DNA from: an uncultured Oscillospiraceae bacterium
Lineage (GTDB): Bacteria > Bacillota > Clostridia > Oscillospirales > CAG-382
Reading direction: 5' to 3'
DNA: 47,392 bases
Assembly: GCA_964522305.1 (NCBI GenBank)
Contig: CAZFVM010000002.1
Coordinates: forward strand, 1-47,392
Shown piece by piece: positions 21,326-28,735 of this stretch (position 1 is the first letter of the stretch; the number at the start of each line of letters is the position of its first letter). The notes beneath the pieces are model-generated. The model was not told the DNA's origin. It did not search any database and saw only the letters and a list, made by a program, of their open reading frames with translations. Made by a program: the position numbers and the translations under genes.

Positions 21326-22163
21326 TTTTAAGCCTTGTTATCTGTTCGACTATTTCTTGTTGCATCAATCTATTAATCTTGCCGGGAACAAAAAGCGGAA
21401 TTCCTAAGTTTAGCTTGTCGTTGTGCCTTCCGTATTCTAAGGTTAGTATCTTGGGGGAGGTCCTGTCCAACACCCACTCCAACACTTTATAACCCTCTTC
21501 GTGTATCTTTATATGACACATTATCTTGTCGTTTACCCTTTGCCAGCCGTTCATGTGGATTTCCACCACTTTATGCAAAGGAAGGGCGGAAAGATAACTG
21601 AGCAAATCCATCCCCAAAGCAAAAGCGGAGCAATATGCATGACTGATATCCAACAAAAAGCCGCAATCGGTGTCGGTAACAATCTCGGTTATAACCTCGG
21701 GATATATAAGGGGTCCGTATTTTATATTGTCCAGATTTTCTATCGTAAAAAAATCTAGCCGGGAAAACTCTTGCTTTAAAAACAAAATGTTTTCTTTGAT
21801 AGTGGTTATTACAGTCTTGATGTTATTCGATGATTTGTTATCAGTGTATGATAGACTTGTATGGAGAGAAACCCCGGGGGTCTTTGTTGCTGCAAGCAGT
21901 CTCTCCGGGTTTTTGGACAAAAACTTCTCTTTGAGCTTTGGGTCTGACAGGTCGTGGGGGTAAGGATACAGTCCGTGGAGCAACACCGGCTTTTGTGCCG
22001 TGAGCCGGTCCATAAAGGAACGAAACTCCCGGGAGTTTTGTTCTTCCATTATCTCCATTTGTATAGGCAGTGCGGGGAATTTGTAATAATCTATCTCCAA
22101 CCCCTGCTCTGCCAACTGTTCTACTTCCGGGTAATAGTTACAAGCGATTTTTATGTTCGACAT
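21312..22163 (-). CDS. DUF692-like (MbnB/MNIO family) TIM-barrel metalloenzyme
   Basis: 283 aa. The ordered blocks are PVLLHG, GVSLHTSL, FTIENL, CGFLLDISHAY, LSYLSALPLHKVVEIHMNGW and ILTLEYG. They follow the DUF692 layout (..LLLDvNN.yV.....dp..yl..lP...V.eiHLAGh ... EWD). A divergent AP-endonuclease-2 fold cannot be excluded. Confidence 0.55.
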   Translation of the reverse strand: MSNIKIACNYYPEVEQLAEQGLEIDYYKFPALPIQMEIMEEQNSREFRSFMDRLTAQKPVLLHGLYPYPHDLSDPKLKEKFLSKNPERLLAATKTPGVSLHTSLSYTDNKSSNNIKTVITTIKENILFLKQEFSRLDFFTIENLDNIKYGPLIYPEVITEIVTDTDCGFLLDISHAYCSAFALGMDLLSYLSALPLHKVVEIHMNGWQRVNDKIMCHIKIHEEGYKVLEWVLDRTSPKILTLEYGRHNDKLNLGIPLFVPGKINRLMQQEIVEQITRLKKIKQ

Positions 22164-22164
22164 A

Positions 22165-23406
22165 TCATTTACCCTTGATTTTCTTTTGATACTCCCGGGC
22201 GGCTCTTTCTGTTTTGTTGTCCCCGGGGGTATAAAACACTTTGTCTTTTATATCGTCGGGCAGATATTGTTGGGGCACATAAGAGTCTTTGTAATCGTGG
22301 GGATACTTATATTTGCGACCTGCCGTTGCTCCTGTGTGGGAGTCGGAGATATGGTCGGGCACCGACATACCGCCTCCGCTCTTTATCACTTGTTCGGCAG
22401 CGAAATATGCCTTCATTGCAGTATTGGACTTAGGGGAGGTCGCCAACATAATCGTGGCTTGAGCCAAAGGCAGTTTTGCCTCCGGCAGCCCTATCTGCAA
22501 AGCGCTGTCAACACATGCTTTTGTTATGACTATAGCCATGGGATAAGCGAGTCCCACATCCTCGGCAGCTATCACCAGCAGGCGTCGGCACACCGAGAGC
22601 AAATCCCCTCCTTCTAAAATCCGAGCGAGATAAAACACGGCTGCGTTTTCGTCCGAGCCTCGGATAGACTTCTGAAAGGCGGATAACAGATTGTAATGCT
22701 GGTTGCCGTCCCTGTCATACCGCATCCCCGAGCGTTGGGTCAGCTCCCGAGCGTTGTTGTCTGTCAGTTCTTTATCCGAGGCATAGTATATGTTTTCTAA
22801 GGCATTTAATGCTTTGCGGACGTCCCCGCCACAGGAATAGGCGATGGTTGTGTAAACCTCTTCGCTAATCTCTTTGCCCTCGCCCGCTTGGGTGTCCAAA
22901 ACCTCAAAGGCGTGTTTTAGTACCGGGATTATCTCCTCCGGATTTACCGGCTTGAACTCGAAAACCCCCGAGCGGGAGAGCAGGGCTCCATATATAGAGA
23001 AGTAGGGGTTTTCGGTGGTGGAGGAAATCAAGGTTACCCTACCGTCCTCCATGTACTCCAATAACGATTGTTGTTGTTTTTTGTTGAAGTATTGAATCTC
23101 GTCGATATATAACAGTATGCCGTCGGCGGTCATTAGAGTATCGGTACGGGATAGTATTTCCTTTATATCGCTAAGACTTGCCCCGGTAGCGTTTAGCTTG
23201 TAAAACATCTTGTTGGACATCCCCGCTATGATGTTTGCCACCGTGGTTTTGCCTGTCCCGGGAGGGCCATAAAAAACAAGAGAGGGTATATGCCCTCTCT
23301 CTATCATTCTGCGTAAAGGCGCAGTGGCAGACAACAGGTGAGACTGTCCCGCTACCTGGTCAAAGTTCTTTGGTCTGACTAAATCCGCTAATGGTGTTGT
23401 AAGCAA
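22165..23406 (-). CDS. rarA: Replication-associated recombination protein A (AAA+ ATPase)
   Basis: 413 aa, with GPPGTGKTT, the LYIDEIQYFNK Walker B/sensor region and a MgsA C-terminal domain (RGSD.NAA.YYLARIL). It uses a TTG start with AGAGG 9 nt upstream. Confidence 0.9.
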   Translation of the reverse strand: MLTTPLADLVRPKNFDQVAGQSHLLSATAPLRRMIERGHIPSLVFYGPPGTGKTTVANIIAGMSNKMFYKLNATGASLSDIKEILSRTDTLMTADGILLYIDEIQYFNKKQQQSLLEYMEDGRVTLISSTTENPYFSIYGALLSRSGVFEFKPVNPEEIIPVLKHAFEVLDTQAGEGKEISEEVYTTIAYSCGGDVRKALNALENIYYASDKELTDNNARELTQRSGMRYDRDGNQHYNLLSAFQKSIRGSDENAAVFYLARILEGGDLLSVCRRLLVIAAEDVGLAYPMAIVITKACVDSALQIGLPEAKLPLAQATIMLATSPKSNTAMKAYFAAEQVIKSGGGMSVPDHISDSHTGATAGRKYKYPHDYKDSYVPQQYLPDDIKDKVFYTPGDNKTERAAREYQKKIKGK

Positions 23407-23428
23407 AATGCATCGCCTCTTTTATGTT

Positions 23429-24220
23429 TTATCCTTTTTTCTTCCACTTTGGCTTCTTTTTGTTTTCTACATAGGTGGGGGTAGCCGGAGTCTCTTCTTC
23501 CTCTTCTTGACGCTTGCGTCGGAAAGTAAAGCGATTCTCTTCGTTGTTGTAGAGCCTTCTCATGTTTTCTCTGTGCATGAAAATTATCAACAACCCTATA
23601 AACACCGCAAACAACATATAAGGCAACGGAGTAACCGCGTCCATCCCCTCTACAAATTTGGTCCTATAAAATACCAACGCCGGATATACAAATCCCGCCA
23701 TCATTGAGGCTAAAGATACATACCTGAAAATCAAAACCACCAACACAAAAATACCAAACACCACCAAGAACACCAAGGGGTCGATTAAAAACACCATGGT
23801 GGCTGCGGTAAGGACTCCTTTGCCTCCTTTGAAGCCATAAAAGACCGGGAGGATATGCCCTACCATGCAAAAAATTCCTGCCAAGAATGCGCCGTTTAGT
23901 CCGAAGACCAAGACACCAACCAAAACAGAAAGAACTTGTTTTAGAATATCTCCGACAAGGGTATAAGCCGCACCTTTTTTGCCATAAACCCTATACATAT
24001 TGGTAAGCCCCGCGTTACCGCTGCCGTGATAGCGGATATCGTCTTTGTAAAAATACTTTGTGGCTATTATTGAAGCGTTAAGACTGCCCAACAAATACGG
24101 GATAACAATGCAAATCAAAACTCCTAAGCTAAAAAATACAAAGGATTTTGTCGGGTCGACGGTGTCATATTTTTGATAAAGGTTGTAAAAAAAACCGTTG
24201 AATTCAAAAAGATAGATCAT
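23429..24220 (-). CDS. plsY: Glycerol-3-phosphate acyltransferase PlsY
   Basis: It has YLLGSLN...DIR.HGSGNAGLTN and GGKGV motifs. At 263 aa it is longer than the typical ~200 aa, because of N- and C-terminal extensions. Confidence 0.88.
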   Translation of the reverse strand: MIYLFEFNGFFYNLYQKYDTVDPTKSFVFFSLGVLICIVIPYLLGSLNASIIATKYFYKDDIRYHGSGNAGLTNMYRVYGKKGAAYTLVGDILKQVLSVLVGVLVFGLNGAFLAGIFCMVGHILPVFYGFKGGKGVLTAATMVFLIDPLVFLVVFGIFVLVVLIFRYVSLASMMAGFVYPALVFYRTKFVEGMDAVTPLPYMLFAVFIGLLIIFMHRENMRRLYNNEENRFTFRRKRQEEEEETPATPTYVENKKKPKWKKKG

Positions 24221-24251
24221 TATGGCATCCTTCTTTGGAGATTTTTTGTTG

Positions 24252-25601
24252 TTATTTCTTTAGGGTTACCGCGTCGGCGGACTCCCCTCTCTGCTTAACT
24301 ATCAGCCTTATGGGAGTGCCTTCGAACCCAAAGGCGGCTCTTAAAGAGTTTTCGATATATCTTTGATAGGAAAAATGAAACAGCTCTTTGCTGTTGCAAA
24401 ACAAGACAAAGGTGGGAGGGTTAGTCCCGGTTTGGGTCATATAATAAATCTTAAGCCTTCTGCCTTTTTCTGCAGGGGGCTGAACCCTGGCGGTTATATC
24501 CGCCAACAAGTCATTTAGCATTCCGGTGGTCACCCTTCGGCTTGCTTGTTTTGTTATCTCGTTGATCATGCCAAAGAGGCGGTCTACCCTTTGCCCGGTC
24601 TTTGCAGATATAAAGACATGGGGGGCATAGGTCATATAGGACAAGGAGTTATAAATATTCTTTGTGTATTCCCGCTGGGTTTTGTTGTCTTTTTCTATGG
24701 TGTCCCACTTGTTTATTACTATTATACTGGTCTTGCCCGCGTTGTGAGAGAGCCCGGCAATCCGCTCGTCCTGGGCGGTTATACCCTCGCCGGCGTCTAT
24801 CATTATAAGACAACAATCCGCTCTTTCCACCGCCATGTTGGCTCTGACCACACTATACTTCTCGATGCTGTCCTCTATCTTTGCGTTGCGTCGGATTCCG
24901 GCGGTATCTATAAATATGTATTTGCCCTGCTCTTTTTCAACATAGGTGTCTATGGCGTCCCGAGTGGTGCCGGGAGTGTCACTGACAATAACCCGATCTT
25001 CCCCGATAATCTTGTTAACAAGGGAACTCTTGCCCACATTTGGCTTGCCTATTACCGCTACCTTAATATACTCATCGTTTTCTTCTTTTGCCTCTGGCTT
25101 CGGTAATAAAGAAACTGCTTTGTCCAGGATATCCCCGGTACCGGTGCCGTGAAGGGAGGATAAAGGAAAAGGTTCACCCAGTCCCAACTCATAAAACTCG
25201 TAAATCTCCGCAGGCAATTGACCTATGGTATCTACTTTGTTTACCGCTAAGATAATCTCTTTGTTCGACTTTTTTAGCAGGGTGGCGATGTCCCGATCCG
25301 ATGCCGTAACCCCGGTATGCAAATCGCAGATAAAGACTATAACATCGGCGTGTCCGATGGCAATCTCGGCTTGGACCCTCATTTGTTTGAGCATCTCGTT
25401 ATCGGTAACCGGCTCTATACCGCCGGTATCAATAAGCAGTAACTCTCTGCCGTTCCACTCGGTCTCGTGATATATTCTGTCCCTGGTGACCCCGGGGGTG
25501 TCCTCTACTATGGCGTGACGGTTCCCGATTATTTTGTTAAAAAAAGTGCTTTTCCCCACGTTGGGTCTGCCTACTATGGCGATTATACCTTTTGTATTCA
25601 A
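24252..25601 (-). CDS. der: Ribosome biogenesis GTPase Der (EngA)
   Basis: 449 aa with two tandem GTPase domains (GRPNVGKST and GKPNVGKSS; NKVD and NKWD) and a KH-like C-terminus. Confidence 0.95.
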   Translation of the reverse strand: MNTKGIIAIVGRPNVGKSTFFNKIIGNRHAIVEDTPGVTRDRIYHETEWNGRELLLIDTGGIEPVTDNEMLKQMRVQAEIAIGHADVIVFICDLHTGVTASDRDIATLLKKSNKEIILAVNKVDTIGQLPAEIYEFYELGLGEPFPLSSLHGTGTGDILDKAVSLLPKPEAKEENDEYIKVAVIGKPNVGKSSLVNKIIGEDRVIVSDTPGTTRDAIDTYVEKEQGKYIFIDTAGIRRNAKIEDSIEKYSVVRANMAVERADCCLIMIDAGEGITAQDERIAGLSHNAGKTSIIVINKWDTIEKDNKTQREYTKNIYNSLSYMTYAPHVFISAKTGQRVDRLFGMINEITKQASRRVTTGMLNDLLADITARVQPPAEKGRRLKIYYMTQTGTNPPTFVLFCNSKELFHFSYQRYIENSLRAAFGFEGTPIRLIVKQRGESADAVTLKK

Positions 25602-25608
25602 GGAAACA

Positions 25609-26910
25609 TCACCCCCTATCTCCGATTATTGCTTTTAATAAAGAACCGCCGTCTAAATCTACCGTGACCACATTGACAGACAACGCCTTCTCTATATCTT
25701 CTATGGTTGTGTCATCCAAAAACATGTCTTCACCGTGGCGAAGCATGTTTGCAGGTATAAGCAAGTCCTCAAAATCCCCTTGAGATGATAATTGTTTTAT
25801 TATATCTCCGCCGGTAATAAGCCCGGTTACGGTTATATATCCGCCAAAAAAGTCGTTCTTTATGACTTTTACACGGACATTTAAATCCGGGAACTTCTGC
25901 TTTGCCAATCGACACAGCCCTTGTATATGGGAATATGCCGCCTGTCCCGTTACGATAACACTTTTCTTATTATATATTAATCTGTCGGCTCTTTCAAGAG
26001 CGGCGACAAACTCTTCATAATGGCTTCGCAGCATCCCCACCCCGTTTTCCAGTTGGGGATAATCCTCATAATACTCTTCGTCAGGGATATCCTTTGCTGC
26101 CGTAATAAAAAACTCGTCCGAGGCATAAACCAGACGAAATCCCCGTTTTGCCTTGGATTGATCGCCGTACTTTTCAGTTATGTCCAGGACGGCTTTTGCA
26201 CTGTCTTTATCAAAAGGGGTCAGTTCAAACAGCCCCTGTCTGTGGCCGGTGAGTCCGCAGGGAACCACGGCGATGCTGTTGATATTATAAAGAGAGGACA
26301 GGTCTGCCAAAGAGCGTTCCAAGTGGGCACCGTCGTTTATTCCGTGGCACAGCACTAATTGTGTATTTAACACTATCCCTTTGTCATCCAACTCTTTGAT
26401 ATATCTAAGACTATCCCCCGCGTCCTTGCACCGCATAATCTTTGTGCGAAGTATCGGATCGGTGGTGTGTACCGAAATGTTTATGGGGGAGATGCGCATG
26501 GAGATTATCCTGTCAATCTCTTTTTGGGTAAGGTTGGTCAGGGTGATGTAGTTACCCTGCAAAAAAGACAATCTCTCGTCATCATCCTTGAAATATATAG
26601 TCTCCCGCATTCCCTTTGGGTTTTGGTCGATAAAGCAAAAGATACAGTTGTTCTTGCAGCTCTTTTTTTCGTCCATGAGATAACTGCAAAACTCCAACCC
26701 TAAATCCTCGTACTCGTCCTTATAAACAATAAGCAGAAGCTCTTTGCCCTTACGGGAGATTAATATATCCAACTCTTGCTCTGTGGTATAAAAACGATAA
26801 TCCAAAACATCAGAGACTTCACTGCCGTTTATTGATATTATTATGTCCTTTGCTTTTATCCCGTGCCTGTGCCCCGGCGAGCCTTTGGCAACTGACAAAA
26901 CCTCTACCAT
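25609..26910 (-). CDS. DUF512-type protein with an N-terminal PDZ-like domain and a radical-SAM-like Cys cluster
   Basis: 433 aa. The PDZ-like start is AKGSPG...GIKAKDIIISING and the Cys cluster is CKNNCIFC (Cx3Cx2C). It lies immediately upstream of der, as in many Clostridia. Confidence 0.7.
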   Translation of the reverse strand: MVEVLSVAKGSPGHRHGIKAKDIIISINGSEVSDVLDYRFYTTEQELDILISRKGKELLLIVYKDEYEDLGLEFCSYLMDEKKSCKNNCIFCFIDQNPKGMRETIYFKDDDERLSFLQGNYITLTNLTQKEIDRIISMRISPINISVHTTDPILRTKIMRCKDAGDSLRYIKELDDKGIVLNTQLVLCHGINDGAHLERSLADLSSLYNINSIAVVPCGLTGHRQGLFELTPFDKDSAKAVLDITEKYGDQSKAKRGFRLVYASDEFFITAAKDIPDEEYYEDYPQLENGVGMLRSHYEEFVAALERADRLIYNKKSVIVTGQAAYSHIQGLCRLAKQKFPDLNVRVKVIKNDFFGGYITVTGLITGGDIIKQLSSQGDFEDLLIPANMLRHGEDMFLDDTTIEDIEKALSVNVVTVDLDGGSLLKAIIGDRG

Positions 26911-26941
26911 AACTAAACCACCTCTAACCGAATAAATGTTG

Positions 26942-26973
26942 AAAAAAAAGCGCGTCGCTTTGGAGCGACCCGC
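26942..26973 (-). terminator. Rho-independent terminator after rpmF
   Basis: On the minus strand, GCGGGUCGCU - CCAA - AGCGACGCGC forms 9 bp with one mismatch, followed by U8 (plus-strand A-run 26942-26949). Confidence 0.75.
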
Positions 26974-26988
26974 TGTTTCCCAACCGTT

Positions 26989-27180
26989 TTACGCTTCTTT
27001 TTCTTTGATTTTCAAAACAACCTTGCCGCCGTAGCTTCCGCATTTTCTGCAAACCCTGTGGCTGAGGTTAAACTCGCCGCAATTAGGACATTTCGCCATT
27101 GTAGGTGGGTCTAACTTCCAGACGGAGGAACGTCTTTTATCTCTTCTTGCCTTCGATGTTTTTCTCTTTGGCACTGCCAT
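26989..27180 (-). CDS. rpmF: 50S ribosomal protein L32
   Basis: [17 protein letters not shown] and CPNCGE...CRKCG are L32 hallmarks. The ATG at 27180 has AAGGAGG 9 nt upstream. The track start at 27186 is a TTG two codons earlier. Confidence 0.93.
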   Translation of the reverse strand: MAVPKRKTSKARRDKRRSSVWKLDPPTMAKCPNCGEFNLSHRVCRKCGSYGGKVVLKIKEKEA

Positions 27181-27218
27181 CGCCAAACACCTCCTTATAC
27201 AAAATACACTTTAAAATA

Positions 27219-27701
27219 TTAATTATCAAACTTTAATAACTCTGCCCAACGGGGATCTATCTCTTTGGTGATACAGCCGCAATCCGTCTTGTTCTTATCG
27301 CTCCCGCACTTGGGACAAAGACCTTTACAGTCCGCCTTGCACAGATAACTAAAGGGCAGCTCCATAGATACCGAACCGTTGATAAAGTCTTCTAAATCTA
27401 AACTGTAATCCGTTATAATAATGAAATCGTACTCATCATCCGTGTCGGGCTTGTCGGACAACTTATACTCAAAATCAAACTCTAACTTATCCGCAAACTC
27501 CGCCAAGCATCGTCCGCATCGGAATATGCCCTCTAAGGTAACCTTTGCAACCAACACAACATATCCTGCGTGGTTGTTGATAACCCCTTTTGCGGTTATC
27601 CTGCCCTCTACGATATCGGCATACCCCTCAACAGAGTAGCTATGGTCAAAGGGCAGAGAGTCTATACTGCCGTGAAATAGATTGTAAAGATCCAGTATCA
27701 T
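27219..27701 (-). CDS. DUF177 (YceD/YlbN) family protein
   Basis: About 160 aa and acidic, with C-terminal CxxxC...CPKCG...C.C cysteine pairs, immediately upstream of rpmF (conserved synteny). The start is ATG 27701 or GTG 27710. Confidence 0.85.
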   Translation of the reverse strand: MILDLYNLFHGSIDSLPFDHSYSVEGYADIVEGRITAKGVINNHAGYVVLVAKVTLEGIFRCGRCLAEFADKLEFDFEYKLSDKPDTDDEYDFIIITDYSLDLEDFINGSVSMELPFSYLCKADCKGLCPKCGSDKNKTDCGCITKEIDPRWAELLKFDN

Positions 27702-27737
27702 TATCTGCACCGCCTTGTTTTATGCGCAGCATCCATC

Positions 27738-27766
27738 ATTATATACATAGGCTTTATGTTTGTCAA
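27738..27766 (-). promoter_or_regulatory. Consensus sigma-A promoter of the yceD-rpmF operon
   Basis: On the minus strand, TTGACA (27761-27766) is followed by an exact 17-nt spacer and TATAAT (27738-27743). A second TTGACA lies at 27776-27781. Confidence 0.6.
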
Positions 27767-27780
27767 CACTTTTTTTGTCA

Positions 27781-27900
27781 ACGCTTGCCGTTTACGCTCG
27801 TTGCGTTTGCGCTCTTGCGTTACCGCTCGTTGCGTGCAAATTGCTTTACCGCTCGTTGCGGGCTCGTTGCGTTACCGCTCGTTGCGTTTACGCTCGTTTT
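27781..27900. repeat. Array of about 8 tandem 14-15 bp direct repeats with core CGCTCGTTGCG
   Basis: Three perfect TTACCGCTCGTTGCG copies lie at 27820-27834, 27846-27860 and 27872-27886, an exact 26-bp period. TTTACGCTCGTTGCG is at 27791-27805. Degenerate copies are at 27781-90, 27806-19, 27861-71 and 27887-900. Confidence 0.9.
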
Positions 27901-28570
27901 GTGGGGTTATCCTGCGAGCTAAATATATAAAAGGAGTATCCCCTATCGTCGTTATCCCTTTAAATAGGTAGGTTGTAAGGACTATGCTTATAAATATTGA
28001 TGTATCAACCGTGTTGTAAAAGGCTATGAAAGTAAAAATTACAGTGTCAACTAATTGGGAAACCAAAGTAGAACCGTTGTTTCTCAGCCAAAGATACCTC
28101 TTGTCCGACCCGGTCTTTGACCAGATTTTGTTATACAGCCAAACATCCAAAAACTGGGAACAACCATATGCTGCCAAAGAAGCTGCCAGTATCCGCGGTG
28201 CCCTGTCAAACAAAGGCTTGAGTGCGAAAAAGATAGTGTCACTGTCATGGGGCATATATAGCAAAGTCAACCGAGTACCCAAAAGCCACAACAACAACGA
28301 AACAAACCCCAAAACGACCGCTTTGTTTGCCGCTTTTTTACCGTATTTTTCATTCAGCAGGTCGGTTATAAAAAAGGTGGATGCATACAAAGGGTTCCCG
28401 CCGGTGGTGATAACACCGAAAATCTTTACTAACATCAATACCTGAATGTTAGCGAGGAGCATACCAAAAACGCTAAATATATATAGTCCCGTTTTGCCAA
28501 ACCAACGATATACCAGCAAAACTGCACCCAAAAAACAAATAAACTCGGCGAAAAACACAACTTCGTTCAT
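27872..28570 (-). CDS. YhhQ/VUT-family (DUF165) queuosine-precursor transporter
   Basis: 232 aa and polytopic. The GGNPLYASTFFITDLLNE.YG and STL.SQL.DT.IF blocks are typical of the YhhQ family. The last ~9 codons (NERKRNER) are read from the tandem repeat array. Confidence 0.75.
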   Translation of the reverse strand: MNEVVFFAEFICFLGAVLLVYRWFGKTGLYIFSVFGMLLANIQVLMLVKIFGVITTGGNPLYASTFFITDLLNEKYGKKAANKAVVLGFVSLLLWLLGTRLTLLYMPHDSDTIFFALKPLFDRAPRILAASLAAYGCSQFLDVWLYNKIWSKTGSDKRYLWLRNNGSTLVSQLVDTVIFTFIAFYNTVDTSIFISIVLTTYLFKGITTIGDTPFIYLARRITPQNERKRNER

Positions 28571-28602
28571 GGCGCCCTCCTTTTTGTTTTATCCTGATTG
28601 AT

Positions 28603-28631
28603 ATTATACATTTGGTTGACGAATATTACAA
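28603..28631 (-). promoter_or_regulatory. Putative sigma-A promoter of the YhhQ-like gene
   Basis: On the minus strand, TTGTAA (28626-28631) is followed by a 17-nt spacer and TATAAT (28603-28608), about 30 nt upstream of the ATG. Confidence 0.45.
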
Positions 28632-28735
28632 GCGAAACCGAATCTTTGTTTTTGTTGAAAAACAATCGGCTTTGTGTTAGTATAAAACCCAAAGCTTGGG
28701 GTCGCAGAGGTTTTGCGACCGGAAAGGAATTAAAA

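Noticed and set aside
21295-21492. A Cys-rich 65-aa ORF (MRCCGFYCFIF...) considered as a possible precursor peptide for the DUF692/MNIO-like enzyme.
   Set aside because: It starts inside the plus-strand terminator, runs antisense through the 3' end of the DUF692-like CDS and has no SD. It is most likely a shadow ORF.
27781-27900. The tandem repeat array considered as a possible CRISPR array.
   Set aside because: The units are only 14-15 bp and directly abut one another without unique spacers. There are no cas genes in the window.
27590-27971. Plus-strand ORFs of 110 and 71 aa that encode RSLRLRS-type repeats.
   Set aside because: They are by-products of translating the 14-15 bp tandem DNA repeat and the promoter region. 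They have no SD and overlap the yceD start and the YhhQ end.
28688-28720. A preQ1-riboswitch-like sequence (CUUGGGGUCGCAGAGG...) lies next to a YhhQ queuosine-precursor transporter gene.
   Set aside because: - The similarity to the Thermoanaerobacter preQ1-I aptamer is limited to GGGUCGCAG.
- The helix topology differs (GGUCGCA pairs with UGCGACC).
- The A-rich tail and pseudoknot are absent.
- The element is on the plus strand upstream of the GHL10-like gene, not in the short (~30 nt) leader of the divergent YhhQ gene.
28598-28735. N-terminal extensions proposed by the ORF track. Examples are 28598 TTG, 17577-17627, 17763-17810, 46852-46929, 4394-4411, 27181-27186 and 32989-33015.
   Set aside because: In each case an internal ATG or GTG with a well-spaced GGAGG-type SD gives the family-typical N-terminus. 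The extensions lack an SD or overlap neighbouring genes or promoters.
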